Positions 31,149 through 42,540 of a stretch of 52,962 nt of DNA are shown in pieces; position 1 is the first letter of the stretch, and each line of letters opens with the position of its first letter. Below the pieces are notes generated by a model. The model was not told the origin of the DNA, did no database searches, and saw only the letters and a program-made list of their open reading frames with translations. The translations under genes were made by a program, and so were the position numbers. Origin of the DNA: Nitrospirota bacterium (GTDB lineage: Bacteria > Nitrospirota > UBA9217); assembly GCA_963741205.1 (NCBI GenBank), contig CAVUHW010000042.1, forward strand, positions 1-52,962, read 5' to 3'.

Positions 31149-33611
31149 TCATTTTGGGTTGCTCCACTTCCAGTTCCGGATTTCCGGCATGTCCTGACCG
31201 TGCTTGTCGATGTATGCCTTGTGGTCCAGCAGCTTGTCGCGAAGAAACTGTTTGGCATGCGCAGCCCTTGAACCCAAGCCCGGCACCCGGTCGATCACGT
31301 CGCCGACCAGGTGAAAACGGTCGAGATCATTCAGCACCACCATGTCGAAGGGCGTGGTGGTCGTTCCATTTTCCTTGTACCCGCGTACGTGGAGGTTCTT
31401 ATGATTAGTCCGACGATATGCCAGGCGATGAATCAACCAGGGATAGCCGTGAAAGGCGAAGATGATGGGCTTGTCCCTGGTGAAGAGAACATCAAAGTCT
31501 TTATCGCTCAACCCGTGGGGATGCTCGCTCTGCGGCTGAAGCGTCATCAGGTCCACAACGTTAAGAACACGGATCTTCAGTTCCGGAAAGTGTTGTCGCA
31601 GGATCTCCACAGCGGCCAGCGTCTCCAGGGTCGGCACATCGCCGCAGCAAGCCATCACCACATCGGGATCGCCGCCCTCGTCGTTGCTGGCCCATTCCCA
31701 GATGCCAAGCCCGGCAGTGCAGTGCTTGATGGCTGCGTCCATCGACAGCCATTGGAGTTCCGGCTGCTTGCCCGCAATAATGACGTTGACGTAATTTCGG
31801 CTGCGCAGGCAATGGTCGGTGACCGACAGCAGGGTGTTGGCGTCCGGAGGCAGATACACGCGGATGATCTCCGCCTTCTTGTTCACCACGTGGTCGATGA
31901 ACCCCGGGTCCTGGTGACTGAATCCATTGTGGTCCTGCCGCCACACATGCGACGAGAGCAGGTAGTTCAGTGAAGCGATCGGCCGCCGCCATGGGATGTG
32001 GCCCGCCACCTTGAGCCACTTTGCGTGCTGGCTGAACATCGAATCGATGATGTGGATGAACGCTTCGTAGCATGAGAAAAAACCGTGTCTGCCTGTCAGA
32101 AGGTAACCTTCCAGCCAGCCCTCGCACTGGTGCTCGCTCAACATCTCCATCACCCTGCCGTCAGGCGTGACATGATCGTCGAGGGGAATAATTTCCGCGG
32201 TCGAGCAGCGGCCCGTGATCTCGAACAGGTTGTTCCAGCGGTTCGACGAGGTTTCGTCCGGGCTGAAGATGCGGAAGTTACGCGCCTCTGCGTTGAGCTT
32301 GAGCACATCGCGTATGAACTCTCCCTGGACCCGCGTGGATTCCGCCTCAACGACGCCGGGCTTCCGCACCTTGACTGCGTAGTCGCGGAAATCCGGCAAC
32401 TTTAATTCTTTCAGGAGAAGGCCTCCGTTGGCATGGGGATTCGCTCCCATACGCCGCTCTCCTTTCGGAGACAGATCGGCCAGTTCAGGAATGAGCCTGC
32501 CGTTCTTGTCAAATAAATCCTCAGCCTTATAACTTTTCATCCATTGTTCCAGGATTTTCACGTGTTTTGGTTTCGCTGTAAAATCCGTGATCGGCACCTG
32601 GTGAGCGCGAAACGTGCCTTCGATGGGCAGTCCATCAACCACTTTCGGGCATGTCCAGCCTTTCGGCGTGCGTAAAATTATCATAGGCCACTGCGGACGC
32701 TTCCTGAACCCTTTGGTACGCGCCTTATTCTGAATGTCTTTGATCTCTGCGATGATCGCATCGAGTGTCGCAGCCAGTCGTTGATGGACGTTCATGGGAT
32801 CGTCTCCCTCAACAAAATATGGCTTGTAACCGTACCCGAGGAAAAGCTGGTCCAATTCTTCGTGATCGATGCGTCCCAGCACGGTGGGACCGGCAATCTT
32901 GTAGCCGTTTAAATGCAGAATCGGCAGCACGGCCCCATCGGTGACAGGATTGAGAAATTTATTCGAGTGCCAACTGGTGGCCAGCGGGCCGGTTTCCGCC
33001 TCGCCATCGCCCACCACACAGGCAACCAGCAGGCTGGGATTGTCGAATGCGGCGCCGTAGGCATGCGACAAAGAATAACCGAGTTCGCCGCCTTCATGAA
33101 TGGAACCGGGTGTTTCCGGCGCCGTGTGACTGGGGATACCGCCGGGAAAAGAAAACTGGGTGAAGAGCTTCTTCATGCCCTCTTCGTCCTGGGTTATGTT
33201 CGGGTACAACTCGCTGTAGGTGCCTTCCAGATACGTGTTGGCCACCAGTCCCGGCCCGCCATGTCCGGGGCCCGTGATGTAGATCATGTTCAGGTCATAC
33301 TCTTTGATGATCCGGTTGAGATGGACATAAATAAGGTTCAGCCCGGGCGTCGTGCCGAAATGGCCCAGCAGTCGCGGCTTCACCTGTTCCAGCTTCAGCG
33401 GTTTCTTCAGCATCGGATTGTCATAGAGGTAGATCTGGCCGACCGACAGGTAGTTGGCGGCGCGCCAATAGGCGTTCATCTTTCGCAGGAGATCGGGCGA
33501 CAATGGCTTGTCCGCTACCTTCAGCTTTTCCGTCTTCACAGCGATGTTCTCCTCAAACCCCGTTTTTACCTCACTGACAATGTTCTTTTCAGACATTTTT
33601 TTTATTTTCAT
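31149..33611 (-). CDS. xfp: Xylulose-5-P/fructose-6-P phosphoketolase
   Basis: [56 protein letters not shown]. Confidence 0.95.
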   Translation of the reverse strand: MKIKKMSEKNIVSEVKTGFEENIAVKTEKLKVADKPLSPDLLRKMNAYWRAANYLSVGQIYLYDNPMLKKPLKLEQVKPRLLGHFGTTPGLNLIYVHLNRIIKEYDLNMIYITGPGHGGPGLVANTYLEGTYSELYPNITQDEEGMKKLFTQFSFPGGIPSHTAPETPGSIHEGGELGYSLSHAYGAAFDNPSLLVACVVGDGEAETGPLATSWHSNKFLNPVTDGAVLPILHLNGYKIAGPTVLGRIDHEELDQLFLGYGYKPYFVEGDDPMNVHQRLAATLDAIIAEIKDIQNKARTKGFRKRPQWPMIILRTPKGWTCPKVVDGLPIEGTFRAHQVPITDFTAKPKHVKILEQWMKSYKAEDLFDKNGRLIPELADLSPKGERRMGANPHANGGLLLKELKLPDFRDYAVKVRKPGVVEAESTRVQGEFIRDVLKLNAEARNFRIFSPDETSSNRWNNLFEITGRCSTAEIIPLDDHVTPDGRVMEMLSEHQCEGWLEGYLLTGRHGFFSCYEAFIHIIDSMFSQHAKWLKVAGHIPWRRPIASLNYLLSSHVWRQDHNGFSHQDPGFIDHVVNKKAEIIRVYLPPDANTLLSVTDHCLRSRNYVNVIIAGKQPELQWLSMDAAIKHCTAGLGIWEWASNDEGGDPDVVMACCGDVPTLETLAAVEILRQHFPELKIRVLNVVDLMTLQPQSEHPHGLSDKDFDVLFTRDKPIIFAFHGYPWLIHRLAYRRTNHKNLHVRGYKENGTTTTPFDMVVLNDLDRFHLVGDVIDRVPGLGSRAAHAKQFLRDKLLDHKAYIDKHGQDMPEIRNWKWSNPK

Positions 33612-33838
33612 GATCCTATTCCCTTTCACGTCTCAGGCCTAAAGCGCGCTATGCCGTTTTAGCAATCATTCACTTCTTATCCTTATGAATAACGCGCACG
33701 AAGATCATGCTGGTTTCCAAGGGGAAAACGACTTCATTCGCCGCGCGACAGTATAAGTCCATCGTGTGGAGCGGTTCCGGGGAACGAGTTTTTTGCCGTC
33801 ATGGTTCAAACTCCTTGTGTTCAGCGCGCCATACCTGT

Positions 33839-34693
33839 TTACGCCGGCGCTGAACGCCCTTCGGCCTGAGCGGCGCTCAGGCAGGCGCCGAAAATGAAAA
33901 TGCCCCCGGAAAAGTATATCCACAGCAACAAAGCCATGATCCCGCCGAACGCCCCATAAACCGCGTTTAACGTGGCGAAGTTCTTGATGTATATCACGAA
34001 CAGACTTTCTGCCACCCGCAAGAGAACCGTGGCGCAAAGGGCGGCGGCCCAAACTTCGGCAAAGCGCGTGGGAGAGCGCGGAGCCAGCCTGTAAAACAGG
34101 CTCAGACTGAAGAACACCACCAGCAAGGGGATGATGAAGCTGCCGAGGGTATAGAACCGGGAATGGAAAGCACTCGCGGGAAAGAGCCAGGCTTTCGCCA
34201 TGTTCACCAGCACCGGCACGGCCATGCCCAGGAGGACCGCACCCGCCGTGATGCCGAGCAGCGCCAGGCTTTTCAGCGGTATCCGCCACCAATTGTACAC
34301 CGCGGTGTCCCTGGCGCGGTTCGTGGCGTGGATGAGGGTGGTGAAACATCGGAGGGCGCCCCAGATCAGTATGAGAAACGCAATCGCGCTTGCATGCCTG
34401 CGTGCTTTGATCACGCCGGCGATGGTGCCAAAAATGAGCTGTTGCATCTGGCCGCTGATCGGGATGTAACTTTTCATGTAGGCAATGACCTCTTTTCCGG
34501 CCGTGTCCCGGTCCACAAAGAACGAGGCGATCGTGACGAGCAGGACCATCGAAGGAAACAGCGAGAAGAACGCATGGAAGGCGAACGACCCCGCCCACTG
34601 CGGCCCGTCAATCTCAAAAAATTTTTTTACGGAAAAACGAAGTATCGCCCAGGCCCTGCGGGTCTTTTGGTCAAGCCGGCTTGAGATCTTCAT
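33839..34693 (-). CDS. YihY/virulence factor BrkB-family membrane protein
   Basis: AF.AFFSLFP…VYGAFGGIMALLLWIY. Confidence 0.85.
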   Translation of the reverse strand: MKISSRLDQKTRRAWAILRFSVKKFFEIDGPQWAGSFAFHAFFSLFPSMVLLVTIASFFVDRDTAGKEVIAYMKSYIPISGQMQQLIFGTIAGVIKARRHASAIAFLILIWGALRCFTTLIHATNRARDTAVYNWWRIPLKSLALLGITAGAVLLGMAVPVLVNMAKAWLFPASAFHSRFYTLGSFIIPLLVVFFSLSLFYRLAPRSPTRFAEVWAAALCATVLLRVAESLFVIYIKNFATLNAVYGAFGGIMALLLWIYFSGGIFIFGACLSAAQAEGRSAPA

Positions 34694-34706
34694 CTGGCCC
34701 TGCCTT

Positions 34707-35933
34707 TCATTGCAGTCGGGCGCGCCGCGCAACCTTCTCTATCAACGTTCTCTCTACGCGGCACACCGAACGCGCTATCATCAGTTCCTCGTCCGTATGA
34801 ATGACGCGGACCGCAACCCGGCCGGCTGCCGTTGAAATCACGCCCTCATTCGCCGCGTTTTGATTTACTTCGAGTTCGATTCCAAGAAAACCCAGCCCAT
34901 CGCAAATGCGGGCGCGGACCGTGGGCGCATTCTCTCCGATGCCGCCGGAGAACACCAGCGTGTCCAGTCCGCCCAGAGCCGCCGCGAATGCGCCGATCCA
35001 TTTCTTGACCTGATAGCAAAACAGCGCGACCGCTTCAGCCGCCCGCACGTCCTGCGTTTCACGGTCGAGCAAGTCATGCATGTCTGAACTGGTCTCTGAC
35101 ACGCCGAGCAGCCCGGACGCGTGGTTCACCATGTGCTGAAATTGCGCGGCGCTCATGTTCTCGGTGCGCGCCAGGTAGGAGACCAGTCCCGGATCCAGGT
35201 CCCCCGAGCGGCTGCTCATCACCAATCCCGCCGTCGGTGTGAAGCCCATGCTGGTGTCGATGCTCTTGCCGCCGCGCACCGCCGCCAGGCTCGCGCCATT
35301 GCCGAGGTGGGCGAGGATGACCCGGCCTTGTGCCGCTTCCGTTCCGGCCAGGCGGGCCAGTTCTCCCATGAGAAACGCATACGACAAACCGTGAAACCCG
35401 TACCGCCGCACCCCCTGCGCTTCGTAGCGGCGCGGGATCGGCAATAACCGCGCAACGCGCGGCAGGTCATGGTGAAAATCCGTGTCGAAACACGCAACCT
35501 GGGGCAGGTCGGGAAATCGGCGATGAAACGCCTCGGTCAACAGGATCTCCTCCGGCAAATGCTCGGGATCGAATGGACTGAGCCGGTGCAGGTCCTCAAC
35601 CATTTCCGCGGTGATTCGCTGCGGCTTGCTGTACTTCGGTCCGCCATGCACCACGCGATGTCCCACCGCGGTCAATGCGTCACGCCCGAGGCGTTCCTCG
35701 ATCCAATCCATCAGTGCGCCCACCGCCGTCGTGTGATCCGGCGCCGCCACTAACCGTGAAAAGTTGTCCGCCTGGTCCAGGCCTTTCACCTGCAAGGCGG
35801 CCTCCGGCAGCCCAATCCTCTCAATCCCGCCCTCCAGGATCCGTCGGAGCGAGTCGCCGGCCTCGAACAGCGCGAACTTGATGCTCGACGAGCCGCCGTT
35901 GATCGTCAGAATGCGTGGGTCAGACGGTCTCAT
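34707..35933 (-). CDS. ackA: Acetate kinase
   Basis: ILTINGGSSSIKF, GHRVVHGG, RRYGFHGLSY, HLGNGAS, FSGGIGEN, TDEELMIA; AAGGAG RBS. Confidence 0.95.
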   Translation of the reverse strand: MRPSDPRILTINGGSSSIKFALFEAGDSLRRILEGGIERIGLPEAALQVKGLDQADNFSRLVAAPDHTTAVGALMDWIEERLGRDALTAVGHRVVHGGPKYSKPQRITAEMVEDLHRLSPFDPEHLPEEILLTEAFHRRFPDLPQVACFDTDFHHDLPRVARLLPIPRRYEAQGVRRYGFHGLSYAFLMGELARLAGTEAAQGRVILAHLGNGASLAAVRGGKSIDTSMGFTPTAGLVMSSRSGDLDPGLVSYLARTENMSAAQFQHMVNHASGLLGVSETSSDMHDLLDRETQDVRAAEAVALFCYQVKKWIGAFAAALGGLDTLVFSGGIGENAPTVRARICDGLGFLGIELEVNQNAANEGVISTAAGRVAVRVIHTDEELMIARSVCRVERTLIEKVARRARLQ

Positions 35934-36090
35934 GGATGACTCCTTTGCCATTCTGCAATCCGAACGAAGCCAGTTTCGCGCACGTGGACCTGTAATCCGT
36001 ATGAAGAATGCTTCGAATCCCCAAACCTTCCGTGATCTGGACGAACACGGGGTGTTCTCGATACAGACTACATGGCAGGAGGTCTGGCTT
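35920..36090 (-). pseudogene. 3' remnant of a probable HAD-family hydrolase whose stop overlaps the ackA start
   Basis: Across a frameshift it reads VVCIENTP/VFVQITEGLGIRSILHTDY, resembling HAD motif IV and C-terminus; no 5' part present. Confidence 0.45.
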
Positions 36091-36145
36091 GTCTGCAAAC
36101 TGCACCGTTGGTTTATGATGATTTGCATGTCAGACTGCTTCAATG

Positions 36146-36361
36146 TCAACGATGTGTCCTATCAGTACGTCGATACCCCTTTGAGGGTTTATTGATAGGT
36201 TCAACTCGCTTCTCTATTTCATGTGCATGTCTTTCATGTTTTCCCATCACGATATTTTCTGCCTCAAACCAATTCTTTAAATCATTTCCGTGAACGCTGC
36301 CTTCTTTTTCATAGAGTTCGTACGCAACCTTTGCAATCTCATCATGTATGCTTTTTTTCAT
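36146..36361 (-). CDS. DUF2934-domain small protein
   Basis: EIAKVAYELYEKEG..HG.DL..W.EAE. Confidence 0.8.
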   Translation of the reverse strand: MKKSIHDEIAKVAYELYEKEGSVHGNDLKNWFEAENIVMGKHERHAHEIEKRVEPINKPSKGYRRTDRTHR

Positions 36362-36425
36362 TTTCGTTCCATCCTCTCTCTCAATAATATTTCCTGTGGG
36401 TGTTCCCATCTCAGTCCTGACGACG

Positions 36426-36830
36426 CTAATTCTGAAAGTACTTCCGGACTTTCGACTCAATCTGACGATCAGTCATTTTGTCGACTGTTTCACTGCCGAC
36501 GATTCGTCCACCGAGCTTGTTTTTGTGAAGACGCTTTTTCAGTTCGTCCTTTGCGTCGCCAGGACCAAATATGAAAATAGATTCCGCATCGCGAATACTC
36601 GCGATTACCGCGTCGTAGTAAATATTGAGATGTCCTGTAAGCGTTTTCTGGCGGCTGTCAGCTGCCGGAACCTGCTGCGATTCATAGTGCCCCTTAAGAG
36701 GGGAATCACCGGAACGGCGGAGCTGTTTTTCAGCCTTCGATATTATTAGTCGTATCTCTTCCCCTTTGTCCGTAATAGCAACAATACTAGCCTTTCTATG
36801 ATCAATCCATAAACCCACTGCCGTTTTCAT
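36426..36830 (-). CDS. eRF1-domain-2-like / host-attachment-family small protein
   Basis: GLWIDHRKA…YYDAV…IFIFGPGDAKDEL…MTDRQI; AAGGAG RBS. Confidence 0.7.
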   Translation of the reverse strand: MKTAVGLWIDHRKASIVAITDKGEEIRLIISKAEKQLRRSGDSPLKGHYESQQVPAADSRQKTLTGHLNIYYDAVIASIRDAESIFIFGPGDAKDELKKRLHKNKLGGRIVGSETVDKMTDRQIESKVRKYFQN

Positions 36831-37002
36831 GCTTTCTCCTTTCGATATCGGATCCACTCAATTATTTTGTATCCGGCTGCTACCTCCCTCGTGCAACTCA
36901 CGGAGCAGGGTTATTTATCCTGAAAAAATATCACCACCGTGTACGGGCCGACACTGGTTTATCCGGAGCAGGGCAGTCGGGCGGTTCCTTGCCCGTGCGG
37001 AT

Positions 37003-37118
37003 CCGCCATTGATCGTTAGGTTGCGTGGGTTAGCGGGTTTCATGGATGGCTCCTTCGTCATTCTGCAAGCCGAACGAAGTCAGTTTCGCGCATTTCGAAT
37101 CCCCTGACCTTCCGCGAT
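37003..37118 (-). pseudogene. Diverged second copy of the HAD-end/ackA-start junction (truncated ackA: MKPANPRNLTINGGS)
   Basis: Aligns to about 35893-36037 with substitutions and an internal deletion. Confidence 0.7.
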
Positions 37119-37150
37119 TTTGTTTCATTCCTCTTCCATTGGAAATGGAA

Positions 37151-39696
37151 TCACCGCTGCCACAGGATGTGTGCTTCTTCCAAAGGAACAGCAACGCCGA
37201 CGTAATACGGGATTACCCGCGCTGTATAATCCGTCGCCGGGCGGCTCACAGACACCTGCGCACGATAAACGTAAGCGCCGTCTGCGGCCGCTGGTTGCCG
37301 GGCAAGCTTCATTTCCTGCCGCACAGGAGCGTTATCGTTAACGCTGTCGGCATAAAGTTCCACCTGCACAGCTTCGGGTCGAGGTCATGGAGATAGACCT
37401 GAACCTCGAATACATGCTGCTTCCCATGAGTCTCGATCTTCACATCGCCGAAGCGGAGTGTGGGCCATTTTTGCTCCACTGCATGCCGCCAGTCGACCAC
37501 CCGGCTTCCCTCAGCCCCTTTATTTTCAGCTCGTTTGCGATATGCTATCGCGGCCGGGCAATAGTGTTGCTCGGTGTATTCCCGCACGGTCCGATTGGCG
37601 GAAAAACGGGGTGTCAGCCGGGACATGCTCTCACGGATGCGCGCGACCCAGGTCACGGGGATGCCGTTTGTGTCACGGTCATAGAACTCAGGGATCACCT
37701 TTCGTTCGAGCAGGTCGTAGAGCGCCTCTGCTTCAACAGCATCCCAGCCCGGGTCGTCTCCATGTTCCTTGCCGTCACCGAGCGCCCACCCCACTTCAGG
37801 CGTATAGGCTTCCGCCCACCAGCCGTCCAATTCAGAAAGATTGATGCCTCCATTGACAAGCACCTTCATACCGCTCGTCCCGCAGGCTTCCCAGGGCCGT
37901 CGCGGCGTATTGATCCAGACATCCACTCCCTGCACCAGTTGTCCTGTCAGGAACATGTCGTAGTCGCTCAGAAAGACCACATGGTTGCGCGCCTCGTTTC
38001 GCCGGATAAAATGGGACCATTCCTGAATCAGGTCCTGACCTGCCCGGTCCGCCGGATGGGCCTTGCCGGCAAGGATAAGCTGCACCGGACGCTGAGGATC
38101 GGTGAGGATGTGAAGGAGCCTTTCAGGATCGTGGAGCAGCAGGTTCGGTCTCTTGTAAGTGGCAAAGCGGCGTGCGATGCACAGCGTCAAGGCATTGACG
38201 TCAAAAACACTTTTTGCGCCTTCAACTTCTTCGGGTGATGCGCCCTCGGCTTCCCGTTGTCGGAAAAGCCGGCCGCGCATATATTCAATCAAGGTCTCGC
38301 GGGCGGAGGCTCGGCACTCCCAGAGCCTCGAGTCGGGAAGTTTGCGCATGTCCTCTTCAAGGTTTTCCAGAGTTCCATGCCAGCGGTCCTTTCCGCATGC
38401 GTCTGTCCAGAGAGCGTCGGTCTCTTCCGAATCCCAGCTTGACATATGGACCCCGTTCGTAACATGTCCGACCGGGACTTCTTCCTCAGGCCACCGCGGA
38501 ATGAGAGGCGCAAAGAGATGCCTGCTCACTTTCCCGTGCAGTTGGCTCACCCCATTGACCGCCCCGCTCCCTCGCACGGCAAGGTAAGCCATATTGAAGG
38601 GTTCAAAAGAGTCGTTAGGGTCCTGGCGGCCAAGCGCCATGAGATCGTGAAGAGAGATGCCGAGCTTGTTCCGGGCATACGAACCGAGGTATTGGTCGAT
38701 AAGGGCAGGAGCGAAACGGTCAAAGCCGACGGCCACCGCGGTGTGCGTGGTAAAGAGGTTGCCCGCCCTCGTCACGGCCAGCGCGACTTCGAAGGGCTGC
38801 CCGGTCTCTCCCATAAAGGTTCGAGCGCGTTCCAATACGGCGAAAGCGGCATGCCCTTCATTCAGATGGCAGACCTCGGGCTTGATGCCGAGCGCGGTGA
38901 GCAGCCGCCATCCGCCGATCCCGAGCACCAGCTCTTGATTGAGACGCAGCTCCGGGCTGCCTCCGTACAGCTCGCTGGTGATCCCTCGGCGGGTCGGGTT
39001 GTTCGCTGCGTCATTACTGTCAAGCAGGTACAGTTTCACCCGGCCGACCTGGACTTGCCAGGCGCGCAGCCATACTGAGTAGCCGGGCAGCTCGATCTCC
39101 AGCCGCAGCCAATCCCCGTTCGAACCGCGCAGAGGGGTGATCGGCAATTGGCCGGGATCGTTGTATGGAAAGAGGGCCTGCTGTGCCCCGTTCTTGTCTA
39201 TCATCTGGCGAAAATAACCTTGCTGGTAGAGCAGCCCTACGCCGATGACCGGAACGCCCAGATCACTGGCCGATTTTAGCTGATCGCCGGCCACATTTCC
39301 GAGTCCACCCGAGTAGATCGGGAGAGCTTCACTCAACATGAATTCCATACTGAAATAGGCGACAGCGGTGAGCGGCGTCTGAGAATGATATTGCTGAAAC
39401 CATGCGGGCGACTCTGCATCGCGGCGCCTGGCCTGCAAGAGGTCACCAACCTTCTTGCGAAAGACGGGATCAGCTAATGCGCGACGGAGTTGGTCCCGCG
39501 AGACTGTTTGCAGGACGACCCAGGGGTTGGAGGTAATCTCCCAGAGTGCGGGATCAAGCTGCCTCCACACTTCGTCGGCGGAATGGTTCCAATACCAGTG
39601 CATATCCAGCGCCAACTCAGCAAGGGAATCGAATCCCTCGACGTCTGTTGGCAAAAGTCCGTAGATAAGCTTGCTGACGGGCGTTTGTTTGCTCAC
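37151..39696 (-). CDS. glgP: Alpha-glucan (glycogen/maltodextrin) phosphorylase; frameshift near 37370
   Basis: AYFSMEF…YSGGLG, HLNEGH, ARRFATYKR, EACGTSGMK (PLP Lys), LDGWW; C-terminus in ORF 37151..37369. Confidence 0.93.
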
Positions 39697-39756
39697 CGAC
39701 TCTCCTTCATACTTGTCCGGAATGGAAACTCCGACCGCTGGCGCATGAATAAGTAT

Positions 39757-40272
39757 TCATGCTTTTACATTCATTTTTTTAAGGATGTCATGGGCAGCTA
39801 CTGCCGACGATTCCGGGGCACTGCTGGATTCTAAGGCTTTTAGAAGCGTCGTGAGCAATTCGTTGAATCCATCCTCTTTCTGGTCCACCAAAACATGGTG
39901 TGCTCCCTTGCGCAATAAAACAGAATCCGACCCGCTTTTGATCAGCGCCTGTAATAATGGCGGCCAAGCGGTCTTTTTGTACGGTATCAATGCATTGGCA
40001 GCCAACCATGCCACGTCGGGGTCGCTGTCTTCGAGCGCTTTCACCAACGGCGGTATTGATCTGATATCGCTGATACTACCGAGAGCTTTGGCTGCTTCCC
40101 ATCGAACTTGAACCGAACTGGAATTCAGCAATGCCTGGGAGAGGGAAGGGATGGCGGGTTTACCCAGAGCCACTAACGCCTCCCGTGCGTTCTGCCGGAT
40201 CACGCCGTCCTTGCTTGCCAGCATGTCCATCAAGGATTCTAAATTTTTGCCGCTTTCTTTTTGCTCGTTCAT
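39757..40272 (-). CDS. HEAT/PBS-lyase repeat protein
   Basis: VRWEAAKALG…IPPLVKALEDSDPDV.WLAA. Confidence 0.85.
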   Translation of the reverse strand: MNEQKESGKNLESLMDMLASKDGVIRQNAREALVALGKPAIPSLSQALLNSSSVQVRWEAAKALGSISDIRSIPPLVKALEDSDPDVAWLAANALIPYKKTAWPPLLQALIKSGSDSVLLRKGAHHVLVDQKEDGFNELLTTLLKALESSSAPESSAVAAHDILKKMNVKA

Positions 40273-40421
40273 GATTTTCCCTCCGAATTTGTTTTGCTTG
40301 CAAGCCCTGACCGCTGTGTTGACGCCGCTAAAAACATCGTCAACGATCGTGAACTTTGCGTAAATGCGGCGGTTTATGAGAAGTATAGACCGGCGCCTAA
40401 GATGTTCCAATTGTTAGAATG

Positions 40422-41117
40422 CTAGTGCCTGGATTGGATCAGTCCCGGTTTCCCGGGCATTCCGTCATATTCCACGACCCGTTCCGGTTTATCACAGAAC
40501 ACAAAACTCATGTTCATGTGGTCACGTTCATCCAGACCGATGCGTCTGAACACATCCGCCCAGGTCAGCAGCTCTCCGCGTTCTTTCACCTGTTCATTAT
40601 TGACGGGCTGTCGTTCCCATTCCGGATGTTCTTCAACAAATTGTGCGTACACGTGTTCGGCATGGTCCTCGAACTCCGCATTGAACAGGAACGCTCTGCG
40701 AATGTCGATCAATGCCATCACATGCATTAAGACGGCATAGAAGCCGACCATAAGAAGGGGGAGAGGCGGAAACAAATAGTACGGGTCCTTGATCCCATCC
40801 TCTTTCATCTTTTCGTTGACAACCAGCAAGTGCCAAAATTCACCATCCTGCGCTTCGCGGGCCCACAGCATAATTTTGCGTGCCTCATGCACCAATGCCT
40901 GATCCCCATAACTTCGTGTCATGCGTGCATACTCACGGGTTTCCCAGTGGCGGTAGGGGATGCTGGCCAGTATCTCTATGAGCTTGACCTTGGGAAGAGT
41001 TATCTTTCTTCCTGCAATCAGGTCAATCGACAAGAAAAATACTTTTGCCGCAAGCGAATACCTGTATCGCGGCCTCTTGCCCGACGCTTTCTGTTCTTTC
41101 TTGAGATCAGGGGCCAT
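40422..41117 (-). CDS. Alternative-oxidase (AOX/PTOX)-like diiron carboxylate protein
   Basis: LIEILASIPY, EAQDGEFWH, EFEDHAEHVY, IGLDERDH: the E…ExxH…E…DExxH ligand pattern plus Tyr. Confidence 0.75.
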   Translation of the reverse strand: MAPDLKKEQKASGKRPRYRYSLAAKVFFLSIDLIAGRKITLPKVKLIEILASIPYRHWETREYARMTRSYGDQALVHEARKIMLWAREAQDGEFWHLLVVNEKMKEDGIKDPYYLFPPLPLLMVGFYAVLMHVMALIDIRRAFLFNAEFEDHAEHVYAQFVEEHPEWERQPVNNEQVKERGELLTWADVFRRIGLDERDHMNMSFVFCDKPERVVEYDGMPGKPGLIQSRH

Positions 41118-41200
41118 GTTTTCTCTCCCGGGCCGCCTGTTCGTGACTGCCCGGCAACGGGCTCATGTGACTGATTTCTTGTCTGCAGACTACGATCAAC

Positions 41201-42494
41201 CTACGGATTCTTATGCTCCGATGCCTGAGGGTTTCTGGTCAGGAATCCTGATAAAAATAACGCCAACAGGGTGTATGCCAGGAACAGGTAATACCCCGGC
41301 TGAAGGGAAGTGCCATTCGTAGTTAAGATCACCAGTTCCTGGCTTGCTGAGCTTAATTGACCGAACTGGCTGGTAATGATCCCGTTAAATCCGATATAGG
41401 CCATAAATATGGCAATCACCATGACGTCGGCCATGGACCATTTCCCGGATTTTAAGACAAAAAAATTGATCACCGGGTTTTTCCTTGCATGGTGATAATT
41501 GTAATAATATCCCACTGACGAGACTAGTTTTAACAGGGGGAAGAAGACGCTGAAGGTAATCATCAAGACCCCGACGAATTTCATCTGAATCTCCTTATGA
41601 GTAATCATAATCCAGAATACATCCAGGATGCTTTTACTTTGGAAATACAATACCTGGTTCTCAAAATGGATGGGATGCCCCATCAACACAAAACTCATCT
41701 TTGATGATTTTTGCTTCCAGATCGATCATGGGCGTGGTGACACCGGCTATCAGCAGCGTGATAAGAGACAGAACGAGGAGCATATACCGGGAGGGGGCCA
41801 GGGGGTGTCTGCTAAAACCGGACAAGGCAAAAAGGATAACCGACAGCATGATCAGCAGGATAGCCTCTTTGAAGATCAGGCCATGTTTAACTGAAATTGC
41901 CTTGTCGAGCTTGATCCTCGCACTTTCGATATCCTTGGAATCAGTCCTCAGAAGGATGCGGTTCAATTGAAATGTATCTTCGTGTTTCAAAGGTCTGGTT
42001 TAAATATTGTTTGAGCTGTTCGTTCAGCATGGTCCTTATCTGACCCTTTGTTTTCGATTTTTTCATCTCATGAATGATCGCATCCGCATATTCGGGAATT
42101 CCTTTTTTTATATCTTCCAGACTGACAAATATATTTATAAAGGCCTGCTTGACCCAACCCTCCGCGGAGCCTTTGTTCCCTTCCCTGATTTTTTGTCGAC
42201 TTTATCAATAAGCGTATTCAGCAGAATTTCGATATGCTTTCGAAGCTCCCGCTCATTCGTCTTTGACAAATACAGCTTATCGATTTCCTCGGCAAGAATA
42301 ACGGTAATTTGTCGTTTCCATTCTTCAATGCTGAAAAGACCGTATTTGACATGGTTGAGTTCAGCATAATCGTTTTTGTTCTGTTGGTTGGAAATTGCAT
42401 TTGAAATAATTTGATGGCATAAAACAACCGATGCAATGATAATTATTAAAGATAAGATCAAATTGAGCAGTTTCATAATAGTGACCTTCGCCAT
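41201..42494 (-). CDS. Paraquat-inducible protein A (PqiA)-like membrane protein; frameshifted
   Basis: FSVFFPLLKL…GKWSMADVMV; pieces are ORFs 42135, 41661 and 41201. Confidence 0.75.
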
Positions 42495-42540
42495 AGGGAC
42501 CCGGAAGGATTTTCCCGAGTTCAGCGTTCCAAGTCTGGTC

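Noticed and set aside
33734-33802. 22-aa minus-strand ORF with an AAGGAG RBS between yihY and xfp
   Set aside because: Too short and featureless to support; it may be a gene stub but cannot be verified
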